From: an uncultured Ruminococcus sp. | Lineage (GTDB): Bacteria; Bacillota; Clostridia; Oscillospirales; Ruminococcaceae | Direction: 5' to 3' | Assembly: GCA_946537515.1 (NCBI GenBank) | Contig: CAMNFV010000001.1 | Location: 6,812-70,811, forward strand | Length of the DNA: 64,000 nucleotides | Shown here: positions 43,312-51,513 of the stretch, in pieces | Numbering within the stretch: the first letter of the stretch is position 1 | Layout of the letters: every line of letters starts with the position of its first letter | Program-made: the position numbers and the translations under genes | The notes under the pieces: generated by a model | Database searches by the model: none | The model's input: only the letters and a program-made list of their open reading frames with translations | What the model was told of the DNA's origin: nothing

Positions 43312-43854
43312 ATGGGAACCGCACATCATTTTGAGCCGGAGAAGCTCATCTGTGCCGTATTGTATACCGATGAAGCCGCCGCTGAAGCCGCAGTCGCAAA
43401 GCTGAAAGCGGCATTCGGCGAAACCGATCTTGAATCCGAAGCATACAGCTTTTCTGCGATCTCGCCCTATTATGACGGCGAAATGGGCGGCACCGTCTAC
43501 CGCAAGATGCTTTCATTTTCAGTCTGCCGCGATCCGCAGGAGCTCGCCGCGATCAAGACGCTGACGAACAGCATCGAGCAGGAAACCGCCGATGCCGGCA
43601 ACCGTCATATCAATCTCGATCCGGGATTTGTCAGCCCGGGCAGGCTGTCGCTCGCAACGACCAAGAACGCCGGCCACCGCATCCCGCTCTCCGACGGCAT
43701 CTATGCAGAACTCACGCTGTTCTATGCGCGCCGTGCCTGGCATCCGTTCCCGTGGACATACATGGATTTCAAGCTGCCGCAGGTACATGAATTCTTATCA
43801 AAGGCACGCCGAATTTACATGCAGCAGCGGAAAAGCTGGCTTTCCAGCGACTGA
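43312..43854 (+). CDS. DUF4416 family protein
   Basis: ORF from 43270, trimmed to ATG 43312. Motifs: INLDPGFVSPGRLSLATTKNAGHRIPLSDGIYAELTLFY...WTYMDF. Confidence 0.7.
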   Translation: MGTAHHFEPEKLICAVLYTDEAAAEAAVAKLKAAFGETDLESEAYSFSAISPYYDGEMGGTVYRKMLSFSVCRDPQELAAIKTLTNSIEQETADAGNRHINLDPGFVSPGRLSLATTKNAGHRIPLSDGIYAELTLFYARRAWHPFPWTYMDFKLPQVHEFLSKARRIYMQQRKSWLSSD

Positions 43855-44840
43855 CGCATCTGCCGGACACGGCTCGTCAGCTGTTCACCGGTAAGTCCCA
43901 GCATACATCCTGTCCACACGGCACCGTAGGCAAAGGCAAGCGTCATCCCGCCGAGCGGAATTGCACCCTCCTGCACCAGATCATACCCGGAACCATAGCT
44001 CTGGATCTGTTCCTGACACGGTGCCAGATAGCAGGGAATCTCCAGACTCCGGCAGCGCTGTATCAGCGTCTGAACAGCATACGGCGAAAAGCGAACCGAA
44101 TTTGCGGTTTCGGAATGATAGGTTCCGTGTACGACAGCAGCTGCATCATCAAGTGCAATTTTGTCATAACGAAGCCCGTTGTACGGACGGATCAGCATAA
44201 TTTCCGGCGCAGCCTTGGCATGTGCCACAAGCATCTGCAAATCTGTGCAGGTGCTTTTTTTATAGACCGGCTCTGCATCCAGAACAGCAGACATTTTCCG
44301 CATCGTTCTGCTGTAAAAGGAGCGGCTTTCATGCTGGCACGGCTGCAATTCAAAGCCGCGGTGCAGATACATTTCTCCGTCGCTGTTTTCGTAAATGACC
44401 CAGACGCCGCCGGAAAGATGCTTGCAGGTCAGCTTGACGGCTGCATCAAAATTCGCATGGCCGTTGGTCTGGGGTTCATTCAGCGGTTCAATCGCAGAAA
44501 CAAGCAGCACAGGGATTGAAATGCCGATCAGCGCAGCAGAAAGCATTGCCGCAGTCTGATCAAGCGTATCCGTCCCGTGGGCAATGATAATTCCGTCATA
44601 GCGGCGAAGATCGAGCGCCGCAATCGTTTGCAGCAGCGTACACCAGTCATCCGGCGTCAGATCCTCGCTCAATGCATTCAGCGGCATCTGCACATCAAAT
44701 TCAACCGATGAATACGGATGTGCCAGCCGGTAATGCTGTTCGAGAACTGTTGACGCTTTACTGACATCACTCCGGCGTGTACCGTCTGAACCGGCGCGGC
44801 TGCAAATTGTACCGCCGGTCAGGATCAACGCAATCCGCAT
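43815..44840 (-). CDS. ansA: L-asparaginase (type I family)
   Basis: 341 aa. ILTGGTICS (nucleophile Thr block) and IIIAHGTDTLDQTAAML. The 3' end overlaps the convergent DUF4416 gene by 40 nt. Confidence 0.8.
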   Translation of the reverse strand: MRIALILTGGTICSRAGSDGTRRSDVSKASTVLEQHYRLAHPYSSVEFDVQMPLNALSEDLTPDDWCTLLQTIAALDLRRYDGIIIAHGTDTLDQTAAMLSAALIGISIPVLLVSAIEPLNEPQTNGHANFDAAVKLTCKHLSGGVWVIYENSDGEMYLHRGFELQPCQHESRSFYSRTMRKMSAVLDAEPVYKKSTCTDLQMLVAHAKAAPEIMLIRPYNGLRYDKIALDDAAAVVHGTYHSETANSVRFSPYAVQTLIQRCRSLEIPCYLAPCQEQIQSYGSGYDLVQEGAIPLGGMTLAFAYGAVWTGCMLGLTGEQLTSRVRQMRQSLESQLFRCCM

Positions 44841-44853
44841 ATTCTGCCCCCAA

Positions 44854-45747
44854 TCACGACGGCTCCGATGGAACCGTCTGGAATGTCACGCATACGATCT
44901 CCGGATGATTGAACAGCCGCAGCGGGAATCCGCTGTTTCCGAGTCCGCGGCTCAGATACATGGTCGTATCTCCTTCGGTATAAATGCCGTCGGAGTATTT
45001 CGGAAAGAATCCCTGATCCGGTCCGTACAGTCCCTGATGCGTAAAGGGAATGCGCCATTGCCCGCCGTGGGTATGGCCGGAGAACACAAGATCCACGCCG
45101 GATTCCGCATAATAATCACGCAGATACTGCGGTTCATGCGCGAGCAAAATCTGAAAATCATCCGGTGCTTCATCCGCCAGCGTTTTCAGGATATTCGCCT
45201 GAAGAGACAAATCATCGAGTCCGATCAGAGAAAACGTCTGTCCGGTTGCCGATTCGATCTGGATTGTCTCATTATTCATGAAATGCACGCCGAATTCCTG
45301 AATCTTCTCCTCAAATGAGCTCAAATCGGATTTCGGCAAATAGTGCTCGTGATTGCCGTATACATAATACGTCGGCGCGATGTCCACAATTTGCTGCATA
45401 AAAAGCAGCGCAGCCTGAATATTTGTATGATTGCTTGCATCAATAAAATCACCGGTCAGCACGATAATATCCGGATTCAGATCGCGGATCTGCTGCATCA
45501 GGCCGGCATTCTTCTCTGCAAAGATCTTGTTATGAAGATCCGTCAGCTGAACAATGCGATACCCGTTGAATGAGACAGAAAGCGCATCTGTTTCATATGT
45601 ATAATTCGTAATCTCAATCCGGTTATTTGCACCGTAAGCCATGGCAATAAACAACAGAACCAGCAGCAGCCGGATTCCGATTCCGCGCCAGGTCCGCGCT
45701 CTTTTCGCCTTTTTCTCGATTTGTTCTGCATTGCTTTGATTTTGCAT
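44854..45747 (-). CDS. Membrane-anchored metallophosphoesterase (YkuE/YaeI-like)
   Basis: 297 aa. QLTDLHN, LTGDFID, GNHEH, SGHTHGGQ. Confidence 0.85.
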   Translation of the reverse strand: MQNQSNAEQIEKKAKRARTWRGIGIRLLLVLLFIAMAYGANNRIEITNYTYETDALSVSFNGYRIVQLTDLHNKIFAEKNAGLMQQIRDLNPDIIVLTGDFIDASNHTNIQAALLFMQQIVDIAPTYYVYGNHEHYLPKSDLSSFEEKIQEFGVHFMNNETIQIESATGQTFSLIGLDDLSLQANILKTLADEAPDDFQILLAHEPQYLRDYYAESGVDLVFSGHTHGGQWRIPFTHQGLYGPDQGFFPKYSDGIYTEGDTTMYLSRGLGNSGFPLRLFNHPEIVCVTFQTVPSEPS

Positions 45748-45831
45748 ACAGAGAATCCTCCTGCATTATAATAATCCGTTTGATACAAGCCGCAACCGCG
45801 CAGGCATACACCTGCGCGATTGTAGTTTCCA

Positions 45832-45966
45832 TTAGAATTCAATCAGCTTTGCAATGTATTTCAGATTCTGAATTATATCAACGCCGTCCAATTTGCCGTT
45901 GCAGTATGCATCGGCATTCAGCTTACCCTGCAAAGAAATGTTCGCCTCAGAATTCTCAGCATAAAA
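45832..45966 (-). pseudogene. Orphan dockerin fragment (second Ca-loop and helix only)
   Basis: The C-terminal 44 codons of ORF 45832-46083 read FYAENSEANISLQGKLNADAYCNGKLDGVDIIQNLKYIAKLIEF. This parallels the GH9 dockerin (FVAEDSEANISAVGKKNADVNHNGNIDNEDVTKVLKFIAKLI) and the GH10 dockerin. There is no catalytic module, signal peptide or RBS upstream. Confidence 0.6.
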
Positions 45967-46106
45967 TCCTACGATCCAATGCAAAAAATTAAAATATGCA
46001 TCAATCTGTGTATATGCGAACGCGGATACGGCTAGAAAAGCCGTATCCGTGCCCGAATCTGAAATTATAATGTTTTCACGCAATAAGTACCATTCAGAGA
46101 AAAGAA

Positions 46107-48317
46107 TCAGTGCGCCAGATCATCTTCACTGATAAGCTTTGCAATGAACTTCAGAACCTTTGTGACATCTTCATTATCAATGTTGCCGTTGTGGTTGACG
46201 TCTGCATTCTTCTTGCCGACCGCGGAGATATTCGCTTCGGAATCCTCAGCAACGAAACGTGCAATCAGAACCGCATCAGAAACATCGGCCTTGCCGCTGC
46301 AGTTCGCATCGCCCCACTTATTTGCCTCAACCTCACGCTGCGTCGTGCTGGTAGTTGTGGTCGTGGTCGTAGTGGTAGTCGATGTGGTAGTTGTCGTGGT
46401 GGTTGTCGTCGTAGTAGTGGTGGAAGTTGTAGTTGTAGCGGAAGTAGTGTTGTTAGAAGAACTGTTCTTGCCGCCCATGTGAAGAACAACCTTGTCGATG
46501 ACAACATCATCACCGTGCGGCCACCAAACCATAGCCTTGACAGTCTGACCGACATTGGAAGGAATTTCGTAGTCAATCGCGACGGTCTTGTCCGAATTCA
46601 CCTTCACGCCGGAGAAGTCAACCTGCTCCCATTTACCCGTCCAAGTACCGAAACCGCCGGATACTTCAGTATCGTTCGACTTAACGGTAAGGTAAAGCGT
46701 TGCAGATTTTGCACCCTGCGGCTTGAATTCCGCAGCGTTGTTCATTGCGCCGTCATCGCCCTTGAACGGTCCGACTTCCATATCGGAAGGCATGAGGACG
46801 ATATCATTTCCGTCGCTGGAAGGAGTGGTATTCTGCTGGGTCGGCTGAGTCTGCTGCTGCGTCGGCTGAGTCTGCTGCTGCGTCGGCTGAGTCTGCTGCT
46901 GGGTCGGCTGAGTCTGCTGCTGCGTCGGCTCAGTCGTCTGAGAAGAACTGCCGACAGTATAAACCTTATCGACACCTGCAATATTGCTGTCCGGAGTACC
47001 GGTCTTATAGAAGTGATAGAGACCGGCTGCTGCGCCGACAAAACCTGCGTTATAGTCAAGCGCAACCTCATTTCCGATATAATCGGAACGCTTATCTGCA
47101 TAGGTACCGTTTTCATCCACAGGTCCGCCGCAGAGAGCGCCTACGAGAACATGTGCGGATTCGATACCGTCTGTTTCGGCAGAGTTTGTACCGGAAGCTG
47201 CTCTGTGGTGCGGCTTGCTGGAAGCGTTCGGCTTGAAGCCGACAACGAGGCAGTGTGTCTGACCGTTTGCAAATGCCTTGTCGCCGGTGATATACTCCAT
47301 CTGACCCTTTGCCCAGGCGGAGTCGCCCTTACCGTGCTTTGCAGCAACAAGTGCGCACAACTGCGCATTTGCGTTGTATCTTGCAGAGCCCCACTTGCTA
47401 TAGAACAGGTAATTGTTGCCGTTGTACTTCGAGAGTTCCTTCGCACTGCCCCAGTCGCCGGTAATCTCGCCCTTGAGAATTGCTGCGCCCAATGCAACAT
47501 TTTCCCAGTTCATGCACCACCATGCTTCAGGTGCTGCGTTCACGCCGCTCATGTAGGCATTATCCTTGGTTGCGAGGTAGAGCCAGCATGCAGCCCATGC
47601 AAGTTCATCGGCTGTTCCGCTCTCACCGCTGCCATAGAACTGACAGGAGTAAGCTCCGGGGCTGGACTTTGCGAAGTTATAGAGTGCTTTTGCATACTTC
47701 AGGTCATCGGCATTGCCGAAGTTCACGTAGTTTGCAGCAAGTGCAGCAGCATATTCCGCTGCAACGTTTGCGCAGTCGCCGGACTTCCAAAGCATACGGC
47801 CTCTGTCGCCCTGAGACTCAGGGGGACCCCAGTAAGCATGGTCGGGCTCGCCCTCACCTTTCTCAACGAGAAGGCTCGAAACATTGTCTCCGTTGAGCTT
47901 TGTAGAATCACGGAAGAACTTTGCGAAGCGGTCAGTGATCAACTTGAGGTGCGCTTCCTGACCGGTAGACTTATAGGCATCAGCGAATTCGTAGTAGCTC
48001 CAGCCGAGTACAGAAGCTGTGTAGCCCTGCGGAACGCCGAACATGACGTGGTCACCGGCATCATGATAACCGCCGACAACCTCATCATTGGTATGGCAGT
48101 TGCCGCGCCATGTGAATGCGCTGTTCTTATCGACGTCATTACCGCACATGTTGCCGTCATAAAAATAAAGGCTGTACTGGAGAAGCTTTGCGTAGTTGTC
48201 GCTGTCAGCAGCACTTGCAGTCATCGGTGAAGCTGCACCGACAGTCAGCATGGCTCCAACGGTCAACACAGCGCTCGTACAGACAGCGCCGACGCGATGG
48301 AAAAAGTGTTTTTTCAT
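46107..48317 (-). CDS. GH9 endoglucanase + Gln/Thr/Pro repeat linker + unassigned beta-rich module + poly-Thr linker + dockerin
   Basis: 736 aa. Signal peptide. YAKLLQYSLYFYDGNMCG, GGYHDAGDHVMFGVP, LVGALCGGP, ALDYNAGFVGA. Dockerin: GDANCSGKADVSDAVLIARF...ADVNHNGNIDNEDVTKVLKFIAKL. Confidence 0.9.
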   Translation of the reverse strand: MKKHFFHRVGAVCTSAVLTVGAMLTVGAASPMTASAADSDNYAKLLQYSLYFYDGNMCGNDVDKNSAFTWRGNCHTNDEVVGGYHDAGDHVMFGVPQGYTASVLGWSYYEFADAYKSTGQEAHLKLITDRFAKFFRDSTKLNGDNVSSLLVEKGEGEPDHAYWGPPESQGDRGRMLWKSGDCANVAAEYAAALAANYVNFGNADDLKYAKALYNFAKSSPGAYSCQFYGSGESGTADELAWAACWLYLATKDNAYMSGVNAAPEAWWCMNWENVALGAAILKGEITGDWGSAKELSKYNGNNYLFYSKWGSARYNANAQLCALVAAKHGKGDSAWAKGQMEYITGDKAFANGQTHCLVVGFKPNASSKPHHRAASGTNSAETDGIESAHVLVGALCGGPVDENGTYADKRSDYIGNEVALDYNAGFVGAAAGLYHFYKTGTPDSNIAGVDKVYTVGSSSQTTEPTQQQTQPTQQQTQPTQQQTQPTQQQTQPTQQNTTPSSDGNDIVLMPSDMEVGPFKGDDGAMNNAAEFKPQGAKSATLYLTVKSNDTEVSGGFGTWTGKWEQVDFSGVKVNSDKTVAIDYEIPSNVGQTVKAMVWWPHGDDVVIDKVVLHMGGKNSSSNNTTSATTTTSTTTTTTTTTTTTTSTTTTTTTTTTSTTQREVEANKWGDANCSGKADVSDAVLIARFVAEDSEANISAVGKKNADVNHNGNIDNEDVTKVLKFIAKLISEDDLAH
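46343..46455 (-). repeat. Low-complexity coding tract (poly-Thr/Ser linker)
   Basis: Encodes NTTSATTTTSTTTTTTTTTTTTTSTTTTTTTTTTSTT. The DNA is a degenerate GTNGTNGTN run on the plus strand. Confidence 0.85.
46833..46934 (-). repeat. About 5 tandem copies of a 21-nt unit encoding the (TQPTQQQ)n linker
   Basis: The plus strand reads ctgctgctgcgtcggctgagt repeated with one or two substitutions per copy, in frame within the GH9 ORF. Confidence 0.9.
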
Positions 48318-48669
48318 GTAGAATCCCCTCTCAATAAGATTAAGTTTTGATCCGGAAGTTCCCTCTCATCCGGATTGCCGGAGATCGGCATCTTTATTAT
48401 ATACGAAAACAAGTAGTATTATATAGACAAACTATGAATGAATAATGAACAATCGTTGAACATTTGCCAATCTGTTCACTTGTAGATTGCTCATTCTGTA
48501 TAACAAAATAAATTGCGAGTTGTTAAATATGCCGAAGATGCTTTCATTTGCAATATATTTTTATTTGCTGTGATATTTCTAAATTTCGATGCATTCATTA
48601 TATTTTGTAAACGGGCTCTCAAAATATACTATTTGTATATTTGTTGCATTCATCTGTACGGCAGCCGAT

Positions 48670-48698
48670 TTGACAAATATGCATCTGCGTGATATACT
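48670..48698 (+). promoter_or_regulatory. SigA-type promoter of the MoxR operon
   Basis: TTGACA (48670-48675), 17-nt spacer, TATACT (48693-48698). Confidence 0.6.
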
Positions 48699-48738
48699 AT
48701 ATAGTATGCTTATCAATCTGAATTGAAAGGAGCCGCAT

Positions 48739-49704
48739 ATGTCCGATTCTTTCCGCTTGTCTGATATCCCTGCCCTGACCGCCTCGCTGATGTCTGAAGC
48801 CGGCCGCGTCATCATCGGTTCATCCGATACAATCCGGATGCTGACGGCCGCCATCCTCTGCGGTGAACATGTTCTTCTGGAAGACCTGCCCGGAACCGGC
48901 AAAACGACGCTCGTCAAAGCTTTTGCGCGCCTGACCGGCTGTGATGCCAAGCGTGTGCAATGTACACCGGATCTGATGCCGGCTGACCTGACCGGTTTTG
49001 AAATGCTGCAGCAGGATGCGTCCGGAACCAGGCAAATGGTATTTCGGGAAGGCCCCGTTTTTACCAATTTGCTCCTGGCAGATGAAATCAACCGCATGGC
49101 GCCGCGGTCACAGTCCGGCCTGCTGGAATGTATGGCCGAGCATCAGGTAACTGCCGGCGGCAAAACATACAGACTCCCGCAGCCGTTTTTTGTCATCGCA
49201 ACGCAGAATCCGATCGAATTACAGGGAACCTTCCCGCTCCCGGAAGCCCAGCTTGACCGTTTCTTTATGCGGCTTTCCATGGGGAATCCTGACCGGGATC
49301 AGGAGCGCGCCATTCTTGCAGACCGTCAGAAGGCTGATCCGCTGGATGCACTCTCCGCAGTCACCTCTCCGGAGCAGATCCTTTCTGTTCAGCAGGCTGT
49401 CCGGGAAGTATCCGCATCCGAGGCGGTTCTGGATTATCTGCTTTCTCTTGTTGAAGCAACCCGCAATCATCCCAAGCTCCGGTTCGGACTGAGTACCCGC
49501 GCTGCGATTGCGCTGCGTCATGCTGCACAGGCGCTGGCCGCAATGGAAGGAAGAGATTATCTGCTGCCGGATGATATCAAAGCCGCTTGGATTCCCGTTT
49601 GCGGACACCGCATTCAGGCTTCTGACGGCCTGCTCTCCGAGCGGAAAGCATCGGAAGCGATCCTCGCGGATATCCTCGCACAGACAGAGGTACCCAAGCA
49701 ATGA
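48739..49704 (+). CDS. MoxR-family AAA+ ATPase
   Basis: 321 aa. Walker A LEDLPGTGKTTLVKA, Walker B LLADEINR, TQNPIELQGTFPLPEAQLDRF. Confidence 0.9.
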   Translation: MSDSFRLSDIPALTASLMSEAGRVIIGSSDTIRMLTAAILCGEHVLLEDLPGTGKTTLVKAFARLTGCDAKRVQCTPDLMPADLTGFEMLQQDASGTRQMVFREGPVFTNLLLADEINRMAPRSQSGLLECMAEHQVTAGGKTYRLPQPFFVIATQNPIELQGTFPLPEAQLDRFFMRLSMGNPDRDQERAILADRQKADPLDALSAVTSPEQILSVQQAVREVSASEAVLDYLLSLVEATRNHPKLRFGLSTRAAIALRHAAQALAAMEGRDYLLPDDIKAAWIPVCGHRIQASDGLLSERKASEAILADILAQTEVPKQ

Positions 49705-50813
49705 TGCTCGTATTGCTGCTCATCATGATCGGATTGGTCATCTGGATTACGCAGCAAATGATCGAACGCTTCGGCTTTCGCAATCTGACCTACTCGCTTC
49801 GGTTTTCGGCCGATGAAGCAACGGAAGGCGATACCGTGGAGCTGATCGAAACAATCATCAGCCGGAAACCGATTCCGCTGCCGTGGGTAAAAGCAGAATT
49901 GACAACACACTCTGCGCTGCAATTTGCTTCCGCTTGTTCTTCCGTATCAGAGGAGACCAGGTTCGTTTCCAGCTACTTCTGCCTGTTTCCGTATAAAAAG
50001 ATCGAACGGCGCTGGCATGTGACATGTACAAAGCGCGGGCTGTTTACAGTTTCCCATGTGGTTCTTGTCATCAGCGATCTGTTCGGCACGGCGGAATGGT
50101 CGAATCCGCTGCCTGATGTTTCTGCAAATCTGATTGTTCTGCCTGCGGTGCATCCGCTCGATGAACTCACCGATTTACCGCAAAATTTCGGCGGTGAAAT
50201 TCTGCGGCAGCGCACAATTATTCCTGATCGCTTTGCAATCTGCGGCATCCGGGAATATGCAGACGGAGACTCTGTCAGGGATATCAGCTGGGCTGCATCC
50301 GCAAGAACTGTGGATCCTATGGTCTGGCAATTTCAGGAGACTGCATCTCCGGAACTGACCATAATGCTCAATCTGGAAACCAGGGCAACAGACCGCGATC
50401 TCGTTTCTGACCGTGTTCTGTATGAAGATGCGATCCGGCTGTGTGCCGGATTACTCGGAACAGCAGTTCAGATGCATATGCCGGTCAAACTGATCGCGAA
50501 TACCGAGATCGAAGGATGCCCTGTCGATTCCCGCTCAGGCTGCGGCCGGCAAGGGCTTCTGCATCTGCTGCGGCTTCTTGCCGCGCTGCCTGACAATATC
50601 TCCTGTAAATTCACCCGGATGCTCCGGCGCACACTTGCTGCAAATCAGCATTCCGTCGTGATTGTTCTCACGCCGTATGTTTCGGAAGAGCTCAGTCAGA
50701 TTGCGGCCGAAACCGGTATCCTCATTCTATCGCTCAAAGCGCCTGATTTTCCGGTACTCCGCGGAAATATCCGGCACATAAAACTCCTGAAAGAAAGGAA
50801 TATTTCTTCATGA
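49701..50813 (+). CDS. DUF58 domain protein (MoxR partner)
   Basis: 370 aa. N-terminal TM helix. GIREYADGDSVRDISW (the DUF58 signature region). The start overlaps the MoxR stop. Confidence 0.8.
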   Translation: MMLVLLLIMIGLVIWITQQMIERFGFRNLTYSLRFSADEATEGDTVELIETIISRKPIPLPWVKAELTTHSALQFASACSSVSEETRFVSSYFCLFPYKKIERRWHVTCTKRGLFTVSHVVLVISDLFGTAEWSNPLPDVSANLIVLPAVHPLDELTDLPQNFGGEILRQRTIIPDRFAICGIREYADGDSVRDISWAASARTVDPMVWQFQETASPELTIMLNLETRATDRDLVSDRVLYEDAIRLCAGLLGTAVQMHMPVKLIANTEIEGCPVDSRSGCGRQGLLHLLRLLAALPDNISCKFTRMLRRTLAANQHSVVIVLTPYVSEELSQIAAETGILILSLKAPDFPVLRGNIRHIKLLKERNISS

Positions 50814-51394
50814 AACACGCATTTATTTCAGCAATTCTTGCCGCATTGACGGCAACCGCACTCCTCACCGGCTGCGGCAGCGAAACTGCCGGCCAAAACG
50901 GCGACGCAAACAGCAGCAATCAAGCTGCACCTGCTGCCCAGGAAATCGGCAATGATCTGACAATCGGTGTTGCATCATTGACCGCACATGCCGGCGACAA
51001 GGCTGTTCCGGTCAGCGTCAATATCTGGAATAATCCCGGATACGGTGCAACGGGTATGCAGCTGATCTATGATCCCGCGCTGACGCCCGTCAAAACCGGT
51101 GAGGTCTCCCCGAATTCCAATTATCCGTTCGCGAAATGCACACTCGGAGAAGCTGCGGAAGACTTTATGCAGTCCTGCCTGATCGGTGAAGAGGCCCATT
51201 TGATTGCCTTCGGCGGCATGTCTACAACAAACTGTACCAATGACGGTGCAATCTTTACTGTCTATTTTGATATTCCGGCTGATGCCAAAGCCGGTCAGCA
51301 GTATACATTCCAATGCAATCTTGACTCGCTGAACACCGCAGATAAAGAAAAGCTAACCGCTGCTACAATCGAAGGAACGCTGACAATCGAATAA
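50810..51394 (+). CDS. Cohesin-like domain lipoprotein
   Basis: 194 aa. MKHAFISAILAALTATALLTGC (lipobox). The remainder has a cohesin-like pattern: LTIGVASLTAHAGDKAVPVSVNIWNNPGYGATGMQLIYDPALTP...DGAIFTVYFDIPADAKAGQQYTF. The start overlaps the DUF58 stop (ATGA). Confidence 0.55.
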   Translation: MKHAFISAILAALTATALLTGCGSETAGQNGDANSSNQAAPAAQEIGNDLTIGVASLTAHAGDKAVPVSVNIWNNPGYGATGMQLIYDPALTPVKTGEVSPNSNYPFAKCTLGEAAEDFMQSCLIGEEAHLIAFGGMSTTNCTNDGAIFTVYFDIPADAKAGQQYTFQCNLDSLNTADKEKLTAATIEGTLTIE

Positions 51395-51400
51395 CAAAAC

Positions 51401-51436
51401 GCGCCTCGTTTGCATGAAACGGGGCGCTTCCTTTAT
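51401..51436 (+). terminator. Intrinsic terminator after the cohesin-like gene
   Basis: GCGCCTCGTTT-gcatg-AAACGGGGCGC followed by TTCCTTTATC. Confidence 0.65.
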
Positions 51437-51513
51437 CCGAAACGGAAATCCGACGATATTCGCAAAACACGCTGCATATAATAGAAAGACCGATACCGAG
51501 AGGAGTCTTTCTA

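Noticed and set aside
46833-46934. Tandem repeats considered as a possible CRISPR-like or non-coding array
   Set aside because: - The period is 21 nt with no spacers.
- The repeats are in frame inside the GH9 ORF and encode a Gln/Thr/Pro linker.
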